DNA of 64,000 nt from Malacoraja senta (GCA_038087875.1 CM075989.1:17176001-17240000); one strand, 5' to 3'; positions 38,501 to 51,555 are shown, counted from the stretch's first letter. Notes: generated from the sequence alone by a model not told the origin. Numbers and translations: made by a program.

Positions 38501-39536
38501 TCTTAGTAATTTAGTTTTTAGAGGTGCTCATTCACCGTATTGACAGCACGCTGTCACGAAAAAAACACTGCTCAAAATTAATATTTCTGCCATTTTTATT
38601 CTGCCCTTAAATGATCAATCAGTGGTAACAACAGTAAGGACTTGTTTTGCCTTAGGATTAAAATCATCTTAAAAATGTAAATCCCATGGAGTGCACGTTG
38701 ATGGATTTCACGCAAGGTGCTGAAGAATTGGAGGTCAGGATGTTTGCAGTGACGTTATTGAGAAAATGTCATTCTTTGGCAAAGTCATCCATCTTTATGA
38801 CGACATGATTTAAAAGAAAACACCCTTCAATGGGAGCTACATGTATAAAACAAATGCCTTTGTAACGGGAACTTTTAAGTCTATATTGTCAAGTCACTTT
38901 AGTTAGTTGTTTTCGTTGGTTTGCAGGTACTATCACAATGTTTAAGCAGTTGCTCTCGCAATGTTTAAGAAACATTTAGACAGGTACATGGATTTGGTAG
39001 GTTTAGATGGATATGGGCCAAGCACAGGCAGGTGGGACTAGTGTGGATGGGCCATGTTGGTCAGTGTGGGGAAGTTGGGCCATAGGGCCTGTTTCCATGC
39101 TGCATAGATCTATGACTACCCCTGACAATGGACAATTAAACTATTCTTGTTGATGGCAAAGCAACTGGGTGCTATTGGTAACTTCAATGAAATCAGCACC
39201 AAGGCTGCGCTAATTTTGATTCTCAGGATGTATCACCTTAACCATTGTCAGCTGAACTTTACATGCTTTGATTGGCGCCAGCCAGTCTAGGCTCAGACTG
39301 ATATGCAGGATGGTAAGGGGTCCAGGTGTTTTCCATGTTTCTCTTAAATTGATAACATGTATAGTGGTTTTGCAAACTAACCTTAAATGCATCATTTCTA
39401 TTGGGCCACTGCAAAAGCATTGTAAAACAGTATACATAATGTTGCAAGACGGTCATCCTGTTAATTGATGATTGGTCGAACTGTTGAGCCTTGGAGAAAT
39501 TGTTTGGTTCCCAGGGCACGTTTCAATGTTTGTTCT

Positions 39537-39943
39537 TGTTAGCTTCCTTCGAGAGCTTTCTTTCTTATACAATGTATGAGCTGTTGCATTATTGGGTTAC
39601 GGGAATGCCTGTTATGTATGGGGTTAATCGATATCTGTAATTGGGTTATTGAGAGACCATCCCCATGTGGTTCGGCCCCTCGAGGTCCCGGGACATATAA
39701 AAGTCCGCCATCACGAGGCTGAGCGTCGATCTTCTGGAAGAGCGCTCGGGACTGTGTGAACTTCTGGAGTGCCTCTGTCTGAGCGAGGCCTAGAGGGCTT
39801 GAACAGGCAGACGCGAGGATCAAACCCGCGGTGGGATAGGTACAGTGTGTGATCTGTGACGTGCTTTTGGTAAAATAAAATCTAGTTGTTTCAAGTACTT
39901 GATTCAGTGTTTTTACTGAAACTAGACTGGGGGGAAGCTTAGA
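39537..39943 (+). mobile_element. Probable solo LTR
   Basis: Starts TGTTAGCTTCC, ends GGAAGCTTAGA (inverted match 9/11); TATAAAA 39696-39702; AATAAA 39874-39879; CpG-rich; no TSD found. Confidence 0.6.
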
Positions 39944-42194
39944 AACGAGCAATTATCATGTTGGATGCGTAAGTGGATAACAGAGATCAATGGTCGGCAT
40001 GGACTCAGTGAACTGAGAGGCTTGTTTCCACAATGTATCTCTAAACTAAAACTAAACTGCAGCATGCTGGCTCCATTTTAACATGCTACCAGCCTTTGTG
40101 TATCTACACTGCAGCCCAGGACATTGCATTTGCCCTTCATTCCCCTCGAGATATTGAAATAGCTGCGTTTTAAATTATTTATTCTCAGAATGTGTCTGTC
40201 ACTGGGAAGCTGCAGTATCTACTTGCACTTGTCCACATCTACTTGCACTTGTGTACCTGAGAAAGCTACAGCTTGAAACTGCTGCCGTCAGTGAGGACTA
40301 TTTCTGCTGGAAATCCCTAATAATGCAGTTAAAATCCATGATCTTTTACTTCAAAGCAATATATCTGTTTTAAAAAAAGTAAAGCCATGCACACGCTGGA
40401 AATCCTCCACAGATCAGGCACCATCTGTGGAAAACCAAGGCGATGTCTCAGATCTGAGGACAGGTCGCCGACCTGAAGTGTTAACTCCGCAGATGCTGCC
40501 TGACCTGCTGAGGATTTCAAGCATTCCTTGTTTGTCAGCCCTTAAACACCTGTTGTGACTCACCTCCTCTGGAATCTTGGCCTTCAGGGCATGAACTTGC
40601 ATGTCAGATTTGAAATTGAACACCACACACATCCTCAGACAGTAATTGCTATGAGATACTGGTGATACTGTATAAAAAGAACCACTTACTCTGCTCCAGC
40701 GAGCTCCCAGGGACTGTATAAAATCAATTAAAAGCTCATGGCATTTTAACTCGTAAGCAATCTTAACATAAATTGGTTGATGACCTCTAATTCCAAGGTC
40801 TAAGAAATTGTTTCCATTTAGATATTTCTGTCCATGGTTAATGATAAAAAAAAGATGGAGCTGACAGCGCTTAATGGACACAACAACTGAATTAACCCAC
40901 ATTAACCTGTGTTTTCAAGAGAGAGAGATTTTCAGGAGACAGTTAGATTTTGCTCTTCGGGCAGAGGGAATCAAGGGAATTTGGGGAAAAAGCCAGAACG
41001 GGGTACTGATTTTGGATGATCAGCCATGATCATGTTGATCATGAGTGGTGCTGGCTCGAAGGGCCGAATGGTCTACTCCTGCACCTGTTTTCTATTTTTC
41101 TATGTATTTTATCCTATAATAATATGCATCAACCTACTACTGATAACAGCAGCTTAAAAACGTTAAGCTTAAAGTTATTGCATGAAATAATTAAACCTGT
41201 ACCTTCAAAGACTGGAGGGCATAACTTAGAGAGGGGCAAAGATTAAAGGAGCTGAGTGGAGCAAGTTTTTTTACACAGAGGGAGGTGAGTGGCTGGAAGT
41301 ACTGCCAGAGGGTGGTAGCTGAGGCAGATGTTGGCATTTAAGAGGCTTTTCGATAGGCACATGGATATGCAGGGAATGGAGGGATATGGATTATGTTAAG
41401 GCAGATAAGAGTTGGTCATGGCATCATGTTCAGGACAGACATTGTGGGCCTAATGGCCTTTTTCCTTCGAGTACTGTTCTATGTTCTAAAGCTATTTCTT
41501 AATGTTCCTAATCCTTAAACTAAACTCACCTCAACTCAAGAAGGGGTCTGATGAAGGGTCCCGGCCCAGATTGTCACCCATCCCTTTTCTCCAGATGCTG
41601 CCTGACCCACTGCGTTACTCCAGCACTTAAGTGTCCACCTGCAAGTCAAGTCAACTCAACTAAACTTTGTAAGTCAAAGGTGTCCTGGATGTATACACCA
41701 TTTGCTATGTTTGTGTAGCTATCTGAAGGTGAACTAGCAATTGTGAGACAAAGGGGCGAAATCCCAATTTGCCAAGTTCACAAACCGAACGCAGAGAATC
41801 TGTGAGTGAGACTCCGGTAACGTCAGTCACAACATTCACTCCACTGTCAGAGACATACAAAAAGGAGTGAACCCTGGCGTCTCCCCAAAAGCAAAATCCC
41901 GCAGAGGCTGGAGATCGGCATGAAAACAGGTAATGCTACCGACTCTCAGCAAGTCTGGCAGCACCTCCATAATGTTGACACTTAATGCCCTGTGAAATAA
42001 TCAAAGAACTTTGGGGCAACTGGGGAAGGGGATTAACTGCAGCTTTACCAACACTTCTTACATCCCAGCAAGAAATGTCTTGAGAGTACAAAGACTAACA
42101 AGCAGCTGAATGTTATTTCCTGAACCAATCTGTTCCCTGGCAGAATGTTACTACTCCTTTCCTCTCTCAATGTCCAGTACGGTTCAGAACACTG

Positions 42195-42722
42195 ATGGGC
42201 GATCGTTTCGCTGAACTCCTTTGCTCAGTCCGCTTTGACCTACCTGATCTCCCGGTTGCCAAACACTTTAACTCCCCTTCCCATACTAACCTTTCTGTCC
42301 TGGGCCTTCTCCATTGTCAGAGTGAGGCCAAACGCAAATTGGAGGATCAGCATCTCATATTTCGCTGGGGCAGCTTACACCCCAGTGGTACGACTATTGA
42401 TTTCACTAACTTCGTAACCCCTGCATTCCCTCCCTCTCCATCCCACCCCACCCAAGTCGTACCAGCTTCAAAGTCGTCTTGTTGAGCCTGATTGCCTGTA
42501 CTCGTTCCCAACTAGGCCACTGTTTCCTTTATCATCGTTACTTTTTTTTGCATGTCTTTCATTCATTTGTTCTATATCTCTACATCACCATCTATATCGC
42601 TTGTTTCCCGTTCCCCTGACTCTCGGTCTGAGGAAGGGTCTCGCCTCGAAATGTCACCTATTCCTTTTCTCCGGAGGTGCTGTCTGAACTGCTGAGTTAC
42701 TCCAGCTTTTTGTGTCGATCAC
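42195..42722 (+). mobile_element. Penelope-like element 3' fragment: GIY-YIG endonuclease C-terminus plus downstream terminal repeat
   Basis: Translation PVAKHFNSPSH..LSVLGLLHCQSEAKRKLEDQHLIFRWGSLHPSG..IDFTNF resembles PLE EN C-termini; runs into the window's common repeat with a hammerhead-like core at 42625-42658. Confidence 0.8.
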
Positions 42723-42933
42723 CGATGAATGAATATTCTCATCACGTCAGGGAATTCTTGTCAAATTAGTCACCGCTGAAATAACGTGGTTTCCACCTGT
42801 GAGAGATCCCGACATTAAGATGCAACAAAAAAAGTCATCCCGTGGTCACGAGCTTTAACGATATCCTAAATTTAGGGATGATCCACTGGGATCTCAGCAT
42901 TCCGAATGCAATGATAGAGAGCGAGAGAGCTAC

Positions 42934-43091
42934 CATTAAGTGAAGCGGTGTTTTGGTCGGTCCCTTGGCAGACATCTTCTCCCACAGACCCCGCCTCACA
43001 TAATGCACTGTGGTTCCGGCCATTGGAAATTCGCCAGGCAGCTCGATCTTCCAGTCGCTGTTGATGGATTGTTTTGTGGAGTCTTTTAAAG
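42934..43091 (-). CDS. ADAMTS17: ADAMTS17 spacer exon: (A)[52 protein letters not shown]
   Basis: 158 nt; acceptor ttcaccAG, donor ATG|GTAGCT; phase 1 to 0. Confidence 0.93.
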
Positions 43092-43251
43092 CTGGTGAAA
43101 GAAAGACAACAAACTGGTTTACTCCTCAGACATTTTGTGGCCAAATATCTTTTTCTTCTTTTGAGAGAAATCAGCATATAGCTGCATAGAAACAATGGGT
43201 GAGGATGGTCAACTCCCAAAGCTATCATTACAAAAAATTAGAATATCTAAC

Positions 43252-44017
43252 TTGTGTGTGTGTTTGTGTGGAGAATTAAGGTGTGTGTATGTGGAGTGTG
43301 TGTGTGTGATCTTTGTGTGTGTGGAGGTACGTTTATGTGCGTATGGGGTGTGTGTATGTGTATTTGGAGTGTTTGTGGGTGTATGGTGTATGTGTGTGTG
43401 TGTGTTGTGTTCACGCTTGTGTGTGTAGCATATGTGCATGTGGGTGTGAGTATATGATGTCTGTAGGTATATGGTGTGTGTGTGTATGAGTTTGTGTGTG
43501 TGTGCGTGCATGCATGTGTGATGTATGTACTTGTGTGTGTGTGTGTAGTGTATGTAGAAGTGTGGGGTGTGTGTGAATGTGCATGTGTGTGGGTGCGTGT
43601 GTGATGTGTGTACTTGTGTGTGTAGTATATGTACAGGTGTGTGTGCGTGCGTGTGTGATGTGTGTACTTGTGTGTGTGTAGTGTATGTGCAAGTTGTGGG
43701 GTGTGTGTGTGTATGGTGTGTGTGTGTGTGTAGTGTATATACAAGTGTGTGGGGTGTGTGTGTATGGTCTGTGTGCGTGTGTGATGTGTGTACTTGTGTG
43801 TGTGTAGTGTATGCAAATGTGTGTAGGGTCTGTGTGTGTGACACGTGTGTGATGTGTGTACTTGTGTGTGTGTGTGTGTATGGTCTGTGTGTGTGACACG
43901 TGTGTGATGTGTGTACTTGTGTGTGTGTGTGTGTATGGTCTGTGTGTGACACGTGTGTGATGTGTGTACTTGTGTGTACTTGTGTGTGTGTGTATGGTCT
44001 GTGTGTGTGACACATGT
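43252..44017. repeat. (TG)n-rich low-complexity satellite with roughly 55-bp higher-order units at the 3' end
   Basis: Recurrent GTGATGTGTGTACTTGTGTG..TATGGTCTGTGTG..ACACGT; source of the spurious His/Thr and Cys/Val ORFs. Confidence 0.95.
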
Positions 44018-45139
44018 ACAGGGATTATTGTTAGCCTCGTGCTTCTGGTTTCTCAGCGGCTATGATGCAGATGATGAAACCAGGAGCAGGCCAGTGCCTC
44101 GCAGTTGTTTGAGGTCACCATCTGGCTGTTCTGTAAAACAGCCAGTTGGCCACGGCTCCAGACAGCCAGACACCCTCAAGACACGAGGCTATCAGATGGC
44201 CTGGTTAAAACTGTTCACCAAATCTATCAATATTAAGCAGGAGGCTATGAATTCAGTATTGCTTATCCTATTTGTATAGTTTGGCCTATAGAGCATGTCC
44301 CACAATCTCTCTATTAACACATTACACAAACAAAGAAACCCAATGACTTGTACTTGCCCCCATTAAGCCATTTAGACTCATGCTCAGAGATATTCCTGGT
44401 GTTCTGCTCACTCTGCCCCATCCTCTCTCTAAAAATGATCTCTTTCTCAGTTCTAACTTCCAGTCCCAGAATTTATGTTATATTAGCTATTTCTCTTTCC
44501 ACAGATGCTGCTTGACCTTCTGAGCAATTCCCACTTTTTTAAGTGAAATCACTGGCTTCACCGATTGCGAACCGTTTTGAGTCATCATTTGTAACTCATG
44601 AAAAGTGCTAAAAAATGCGAGCTCTTTTCTATCCACCTGTGTTATTGAATGTGAGCACCTTTGGAACTTAAATGCTTTCTAAATTCTTCATCACTTCCAG
44701 TTGAAATGAGCCTTGCTCCCAAATCTTTCAATGCAAACTACATTCCATAGACACAAAGTGCTGGAGTAACTTAGCTGGTCAGGCAGCTAAGAGCCTGGAG
44801 AACATAGATAGGTGACTTGTCGAAACAAATTAAAAGATGTGTATGGGTACAAAAGGAACTGCAGATGCTGGAACCTTCAGCAAAAGGCAAAGTGCTGGAA
44901 GAAATCAGCGGGTCAGACAGCATCAGTGGAGGGAATGGTTAGGTGACGTTTTACCATTAGTTCTTCAGATTGATTTAAATTTCAGAATGAATTAAACCAT
45001 CTGCAGTTCTTTGTTTCCCCGTAAACACCTTTTAATCTGTTGATGTCTTCCCACTGACACATAGAGACAGTCTTTATATCATCGAACAGATTCTTGCTTT
45101 TCCATTCATCATTCTGAGAGCCACCCCATTTAAATTCTT

Positions 45140-45325
45140 GTAGGAAGGAACTGCAGATGCTGGTTTACACCCAAATAGACACAAACTGCTGGAGTAACTC
45201 AGCGGGACAGGCATCATCTGTGGAGAAAAGGAACAGGTGAAGAAGGGTCTCGACCCGAAACGTCCGTCACCCATTCCTTCTCTCAGATGCTGCCTGTTCC
45301 GCTGAGTTACTCCAGCATTTTGTAA
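45140..45325. mobile_element. Palindromic Penelope-derived repeat
   Basis: Same family, inverted arms. Confidence 0.65.
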
Positions 45326-46774
45326 TTGTAATTGATTTTATTAGCCAAGTATGAAAACAAAATAAGTATGTAAATCATATGATGAATTTGATTTGCCAGT
45401 GATACCAAAAAAGCAACAAAACACCCAACTACATAAAATGTAACATAAACATCCATCACAGTGGCTCCTCCACATTCCTCACTGTGATGGAAGGCAATAA
45501 AATCTTATCTTCTTTCCTCCATGATTACGGAGATAAGGCAGGAGAGTGGGGTTGAGAGGGAAAAACAGATCAGCCATGATCGAATGGCAGAGCAGACTCG
45601 ATGGCCCGAATAGCCTAATTCTGCTCCAATGTCATGATCACAACCCTACCTCAGCATCGTCAGATGTGAAATAGCCATTGTGTTTATCATGGTTGTCTCC
45701 TGTTGCTAACTGAATGCCAGGCGGGCCAGCTGCTGTTTGAAGGACCACTATTAACACAATGGCCATCTCACTACTGACGATGCTGCAGGTCAAGCTAAAT
45801 GCTCAAGAAAGGGTCTGAAGAAGAATCTGTCCACTTCACTACACAGATACTGCCTGAACTGCTGAGTTCCTCCAGCACTTTGTTATTTTGCTCAAGGTGT
45901 GAACCCACAGACGTGAACAGCTCATTGCAATGTTGAAACAAGGAGCTGCAGATGCTGGTTCACTAAAACAAACCTTGCAATAGTTTAGGTAACTGACTGA
46001 TCTTCACAAGTCACCGGTTTAGCTAGAGTTCTTCTTGCAGCTATCCGGCAGTAAACAGAGACATGTTACCAACTTCATGCCCACTTTCATTCTCTAATCC
46101 GCTTTAGCCATTTACGTCTGCTGCACTCAAATCTCCAACACTTTAACGCCAGCTTTAATCTTGGAGACTGCACATGATGTATAAATTAGAGCAATTTGCC
46201 CCTTATCCGAGACTCAATGACAAAAATAATTGTGGCTTAATCTGAGTATTAATATAATCATTTCTAGTTTATTACCAGGTGCAATTGGAATAGAGGCTGA
46301 AATTAGTGTCCATTGCATGAACGTCAGTGAAGTAACTGCCTAATTTCAGCTCTCCATCAGCTGGTGAGCCAGTTATAATGCTCAAAAGGAATTAGCAGCC
46401 AGACTGTGCTCTGCGTGCTCCAGCATTTCCTCAAACCACCACGGTATTCTCGGCACCACTGCTCGGCTTGTGGTCTTACAGATCACACTGCACTCTTCAC
46501 GTGCCCTTGGGTTTAATACTAAGATGGAATCACAATCAAATTTGGACCAGTGATTCAATTAGAATACATCTTATTCCCCCATCATAGTTGAAAGCTTTGC
46601 TTCAGTTCATTGCCCTGGAGAAGGTGCAGCAAAGATTCATCAGGATGATGCCTGGGATGGAATGTTTCAGCAATTATGTGAGATTGGGTAACTTGGGTTT
46701 TGTTTTCAAAAGTTCATACATTCTAGGAACAGAATTAGGCCATTCAGCCCATCAAGTCTACTCTGCCATTCAAT

Positions 46775-47626
46775 TGATTGATTGATTGATTGATTAGCTT
46801 TTATTGTCATTTGAACCTCAAAGAGGCTCAAACGAAATTCCATTTCCACAGCCATACAAACAAAACAATTCCTACAAGACACACAAACAATTCAATCTAC
46901 AGAAAAACATCCATCACAGTGAATCTCCTCCTCACTGTGATGGAAGGCAAAGTCTTTTCTCTCCCCTGCACCATTTTTCTCCCGATGTTGAAGCCCCAGG
47001 CGGGCAATGTTAAGTCCCACGGCCGTTGAGGCCGCGCCGGGCGGTATACGGCCTCGCTCCGGGCCCAAAAGTCACCAATTTGGAGCCCCCGGCAGGCGCT
47101 GGAATGTCCCGCAGCCATTAAAGCCGCGCCGGGCGATTTACGGCCCCGCTCCGAGTCGTTCCAACCCCGCGACACGGGCGGGAGAAGTTGCGTTGCGGGA
47201 GCTCCGGAAAGCGGTCTCTCACCCGGACCCGCGAGCTCCCGATATCACTGTCCACCAGTCTGCAGCTTGAGCTCCGGAGTCGGGCCGCAGCAACGAGCCA
47301 CCACCGCTCCTCACGCTCCGAGGCCGGCCAGCCCCACGATGGTAAGTCCGCAGCTCCGCAGGCTCCGCGACTGGAGCCCCCAGGTCGTCCCGGTCGGAGG
47401 CCGCTCCACGGAGCTAGGCCACAATGACAACGGAGATCCGACAGGGAAAAAGTCGGGTCTCCCGTACAGGGAAGAGATTTTTTAAAGTTTCCCCCACCAC
47501 CACATATACACAATTAAAAACAATATAAAAAAAACACAAACAACTACATTTAACTAGACAAAAACAAAAAAAGACAGACGGACTGCAGTCGAGCCGTTGC
47601 CGTTAGGCGCCGCCACTTCCTGTCAA
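46775..47626 (-). mobile_element. GC/CpG-rich non-coding retroelement with AATAAA-(CAAT)n tail inserted in a CR1 3' UTR
   Basis: Splits the CR1 tail sequence ccattcaat|catggctgatct; partial second copy at about 45325-45520. Confidence 0.7.
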
Positions 47627-48939
47627 CCTCATGGCTGATCTATGACACCCGTACTAATCAAGAATCTATCAATCACCGCCTTAAAAATATCCATTGATGG
47701 CCTCCACAGCCGTCTGTGGCAATGAATTCCACAGATTCACCACCTGCTTATCTCCTTTCTTTTGGAACTCCTTTTATTCTGAGGCTCTGGCCTCTGGTCC
47801 TAGACTCTCCTACTAGTGGAAACATCCACACAACCTAGAACATTCACTATTAGGTAAGCTTCAATGAGGTCCCGCCTCATCCTTCTAAACTCAAGCGAGT
47901 ACAGGCCCAGTGCCTTCAAACGCTCATCATATATTAACCCAATCATTCCTGGGATCAGGAATCAGAAAAAAAGCTTTGTGTTTTGCTCAAGATTCCAGCA
48001 TTAATTGTATCTCTATTTCATCTAATGTGTTGGATGCCTCATTATTTTCTGAGATTTTAAGCACTAGACAATGCCTGCAGTTATTACTCTTCTTTGCTCA
48101 GTGACAAGTTTAAATCCTCTAGTCCACAAACAGAAATCAGGAATTCAGTGCCAGTGTAATCTGACAGTCATCTGCCCTCATGCTTCTGCTCCCAGCTTTC
48201 TGTCTGTGTGACAGATTAAATATAAAAGGCTTTACATTTGCAGCACGTGGCAACAAATACGAGGAATTAGTTCAGTCACTTCTTCAGAAGACTTGTATAA
48301 TCCCACTGACATTACTCTAATTGGTTTCCATGATGGGAGAATTAGCATTCTGGAGCAACGAGCTAGAACGATCTTCACTCACGATAAAACAGAAAGAGCT
48401 TGCATTTAGAAAGCACAGGTTGTGATATCAGGATATTACAGTGTTATGGAGAAGGGCTTTGAAAGTGGGGGGGGGGGGGGGGGGGCATAACAGTTAATTA
48501 GCATGCAACACGCTCCCACAAGTTGCTGCAATGATATAGAGAACTTTAGCGACATTGGTGAATGCCTCCAAATTGTCCTGGAGTATGAACCTTGGTTTTT
48601 GTGCTCAAGTCACAGAATGGGATTTGAACCCAGATCTTATCGACACGGTAGCTGCTATGGGGCACAGTGTGAAGAGGTGTGCCGACTGGAAACAGCATCT
48701 GTCCATTTCCCTCCACGAATTCTGCCTGGCCTGCTGAGATCAAGATGTGAGCGTCTACAGTCCCTTGTGTCTCCACAGCACTCTTGTATTCAGTCAACCC
48801 TTGGGATTTGCAGAGAGAAGTGGCAGTGCCCAACAGCACACTTGCTCTCCTGCCCATCGTGCAATGTGTGTTTGTTGGCTCGGCCACATATGTCTACCAG
48901 CTGGCTCAGGGTATCGGTTGGGAAAGGTTTAGAGGGTTT

Positions 48940-49596
48940 AGAAAGCGAATGGCATGTTGGCCTTTATAACAAGAGGAGTCGAGTATTGGAGCAAAGAGGC
49001 CCTTCTGCAGTTGTACAGGGCCCTAGTGAGACCACACCTGGAGTATTGTGTGCAGTTTTGGTCCCCTAATTTGAGGAAGGACATTCTTGCTATTGAGGGA
49101 GTGCAGCGTCGGTTTACAAGGTTAATTCCCGGGATGGCGGGACTGTCATATGCTGAGAGAATGGAGCAGCTGGGCTTGTACACTCTGGAGTTTAGAAGGA
49201 TGAGAGGGCATCTTATTGAAACATATAAGATTGTTAAGGGCTTGGACACGCTAGAGGCAGGAAACATGTTCCCGATGTTGGGGGAGTCCAGAACCAGGGG
49301 CCACAGTTTAGGAATAAGGGGTAAGCCACTTAGGACGGAGACGAGGAAACACTTTTTCTCACAGAGAGTTGTGAGTGTGGAATTCTCTGCCTCAGAGGGC
49401 GGTGGAGGCCGGTTCTCTGGATACTTTCAAGAGAGAGCTAGATAGGGCTCTTAAAGATAGTGGAGTCAGGGGATATGGGGAGAAGGCAGGAACGGGGTAC
49501 TGATTGGGGATGATCAGCCATGATCACATTGAATGGCGGTGCTGGCTCGAAGGGCCGAATGGCCTACTCCTGCACCTATTGTCTATTGTCTATTGA
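48940..49596 (+). mobile_element. Young CR1/HER1-type LINE 3' fragment
   Basis: ORF 48954-49445 LYRALVRPHLEYCVQFWSP..; intact tail. Confidence 0.92.
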
Positions 49597-50339
49597 TATG
49601 GGGCTAACGCAGGCAAATGGCACTAGCTTAGATGGGGCATCTTGGTTGGTATGGATGAGTTGGGCTGAAGGGCCTGTTCCTGACACTCTGACTATGAGGT
49701 CGTGACCCCTGTGTGGAACCCATGTACAGCAGATGTGGTGCCTAGGACTGCATCATTGATCAAAAGTCTTCAGTTAAAGTGGGAGTGACAGAAAATATGT
49801 GGAATGATGTTCTTATTTTTCTCCATTGAATGGCGGAGTAGACCTGATGGGCCGAATGGCGTAATTCTGCTCCTGGAACCCATGAATTTATGAAGTGCTT
49901 GGAGGAACTCTGCGGGTCAGGCAGCATCTGTGGAGAGAATGGACAGATGATTTCTGGTCGGGACCCTTCTTCAGACTGATTCTTCTCCCAATCCAAAACG
50001 TTGCCTATCCATTCCCTCCACAGATGATGCCTGACCCACTGAGCTTCCTCGAGCACTTTGTGTTTCACTTTAGGGCAGGTATTGCTGAGGCCTTACTCAG
50101 GCGTAGTGAATCACTAGAACTCAGGGCACAGAGTAAACACAGCCAGGAGCAACCCAGCAGGTGACCAAGCCAGCCCAACTCTCTGCTGGCTAATGTACAT
50201 AGATAGTTATTCACACATGCTTTCCGTCTGTGAATTCCACTCAGTCACACCTTTACACTCAAAAAATCGATTGCACAGGTTTCATTTTTTTTGACATCAC
50301 TCCCCAAATTTCCAGAGACGGAGAATCGTGGTTCATTAC

Positions 50340-50420
50340 CTAGGAAGCTGTGCGCTGGTTTCTCCTCCACCACCCGAATCCTCCTGGCACCAGCAGGGAT
50401 TACAGCAGCTTCAACATAAC
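50340..50420 (-). CDS. ADAMTS17: ADAMTS17 81-nt spacer exon: (G)YVEAAVIPAGARRIRVVEEKPAHSFL-(A)
   Basis: Acceptor ccgcAG, donor G|GTAATG; phase 1 to 1; typical ADAMTS spacer IPAGARxIxV motif; absent from the supplied ORF track. Confidence 0.92.
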
Positions 50421-50512
50421 CTGCGGCAATAAAGGTTCAATCAGTTAGGAGGGACCTTCAAAAACATTTGTTTCATATCCTGGCCATTTACTTCTCCATT
50501 GGGGCGATGAAG

Positions 50513-50808
50513 GGGCAGGACAGTGGCGCAGCGGTAGAGTTGCTGCTTAACAGCACCAGAGACCCAGATTCAATCCTGATTATGGGCGCTGTCTGTACGG
50601 AGTTTATACGTTCTCCCGTGACCGCGTGGGTTTTCTCCGGGCGCTCCAGTTTCCTCCCACATTCCAAAGGCATACAGGTTTGCAGATTAAATGGCTTCTG
50701 TAAACGGTAAATTATTCCTAGTGTGTAGTATAGTGTTAGTGTACGGGGTAATCTCTGGTCAATGTGGAATCGCTGTACTGAAGGGCCTGTTTCCACGTTG
50801 TATCTTTA
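50513..50808 (+). mobile_element. HE1-type V-SINE
   Basis: Full copy about 90 bp upstream of the 81-nt exon acceptor. Confidence 0.85.
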
Positions 50809-51352
50809 ACCTGTTCAGTGCCACCTCTGAGTGTACTCAGGTCATGGCCTATGATGAAAAAAAACTTGGCAGTGAACTGGTTAAAGTCTAAAGTCTAAAT
50901 CTTTATTGACTCTTCTGTCTCAGCTTCCAAAGGAGCACTGTTAACCTTTATTAGTCTCTTTGTTTCTACATACTTATAAAAGTTCACTATCTGTTTTAAT
51001 ATCTCTTGCAAGCTTCCGCTCATTATTTTTTCCCTTCATCTATTTTCTTATTGGTCTTTGCTGGTTAATATTCTCCCAGTGCATAAACTTGCAGTTAACC
51101 TTTGCAATCCAATCAGTTTTTTATTTGAAACGATGACTCATACAGTAATCCAGTGATGATTATGTATGCAATTCTGGGCATTACTTTAAACCCTAGCTTC
51201 CAAACCTGATCAGAAGAAGCTGTAATGTATAGATAGATGCAATGTGATCAATGACAACTGGATCCATCCGATTCCTCTTCTGGTTTCTGAAGGCGACCTT
51301 TACCCTGGCACTGTGCACGGCAGTAAAGAAGTGTCCATCCCATTGATTATGC

Positions 51353-51555
51353 TGTAGGAAGGAACTGCAGATGCTGGTTTAAACCATAGATAGACACAAA
51401 AAACTGGAGTAACTCAGTGGGTCAGACAGCATCTCTGGAGAAAAGGAATACATTCTTGTGTCTGAAGAAGGGTCTCAACTTAAAACATCACATATTCCTT
51501 TTCTCCAGAGATGCTGTCTAACCCGGTGATTTACTCCAGTTTTTTGTGTCTATCA
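51353..51555. mobile_element. Palindromic Penelope-derived repeat
   Basis: Same family, inverted arms. Confidence 0.65.

Noticed and set aside
43195..44279. His/Thr-rich and Cys/Val-rich ORFs
   Set aside because: Translations of a (TG)n satellite
47007..47513. Arg/Pro/Gly-rich ORFs
   Set aside because: By-product of high GC content inside a repeat
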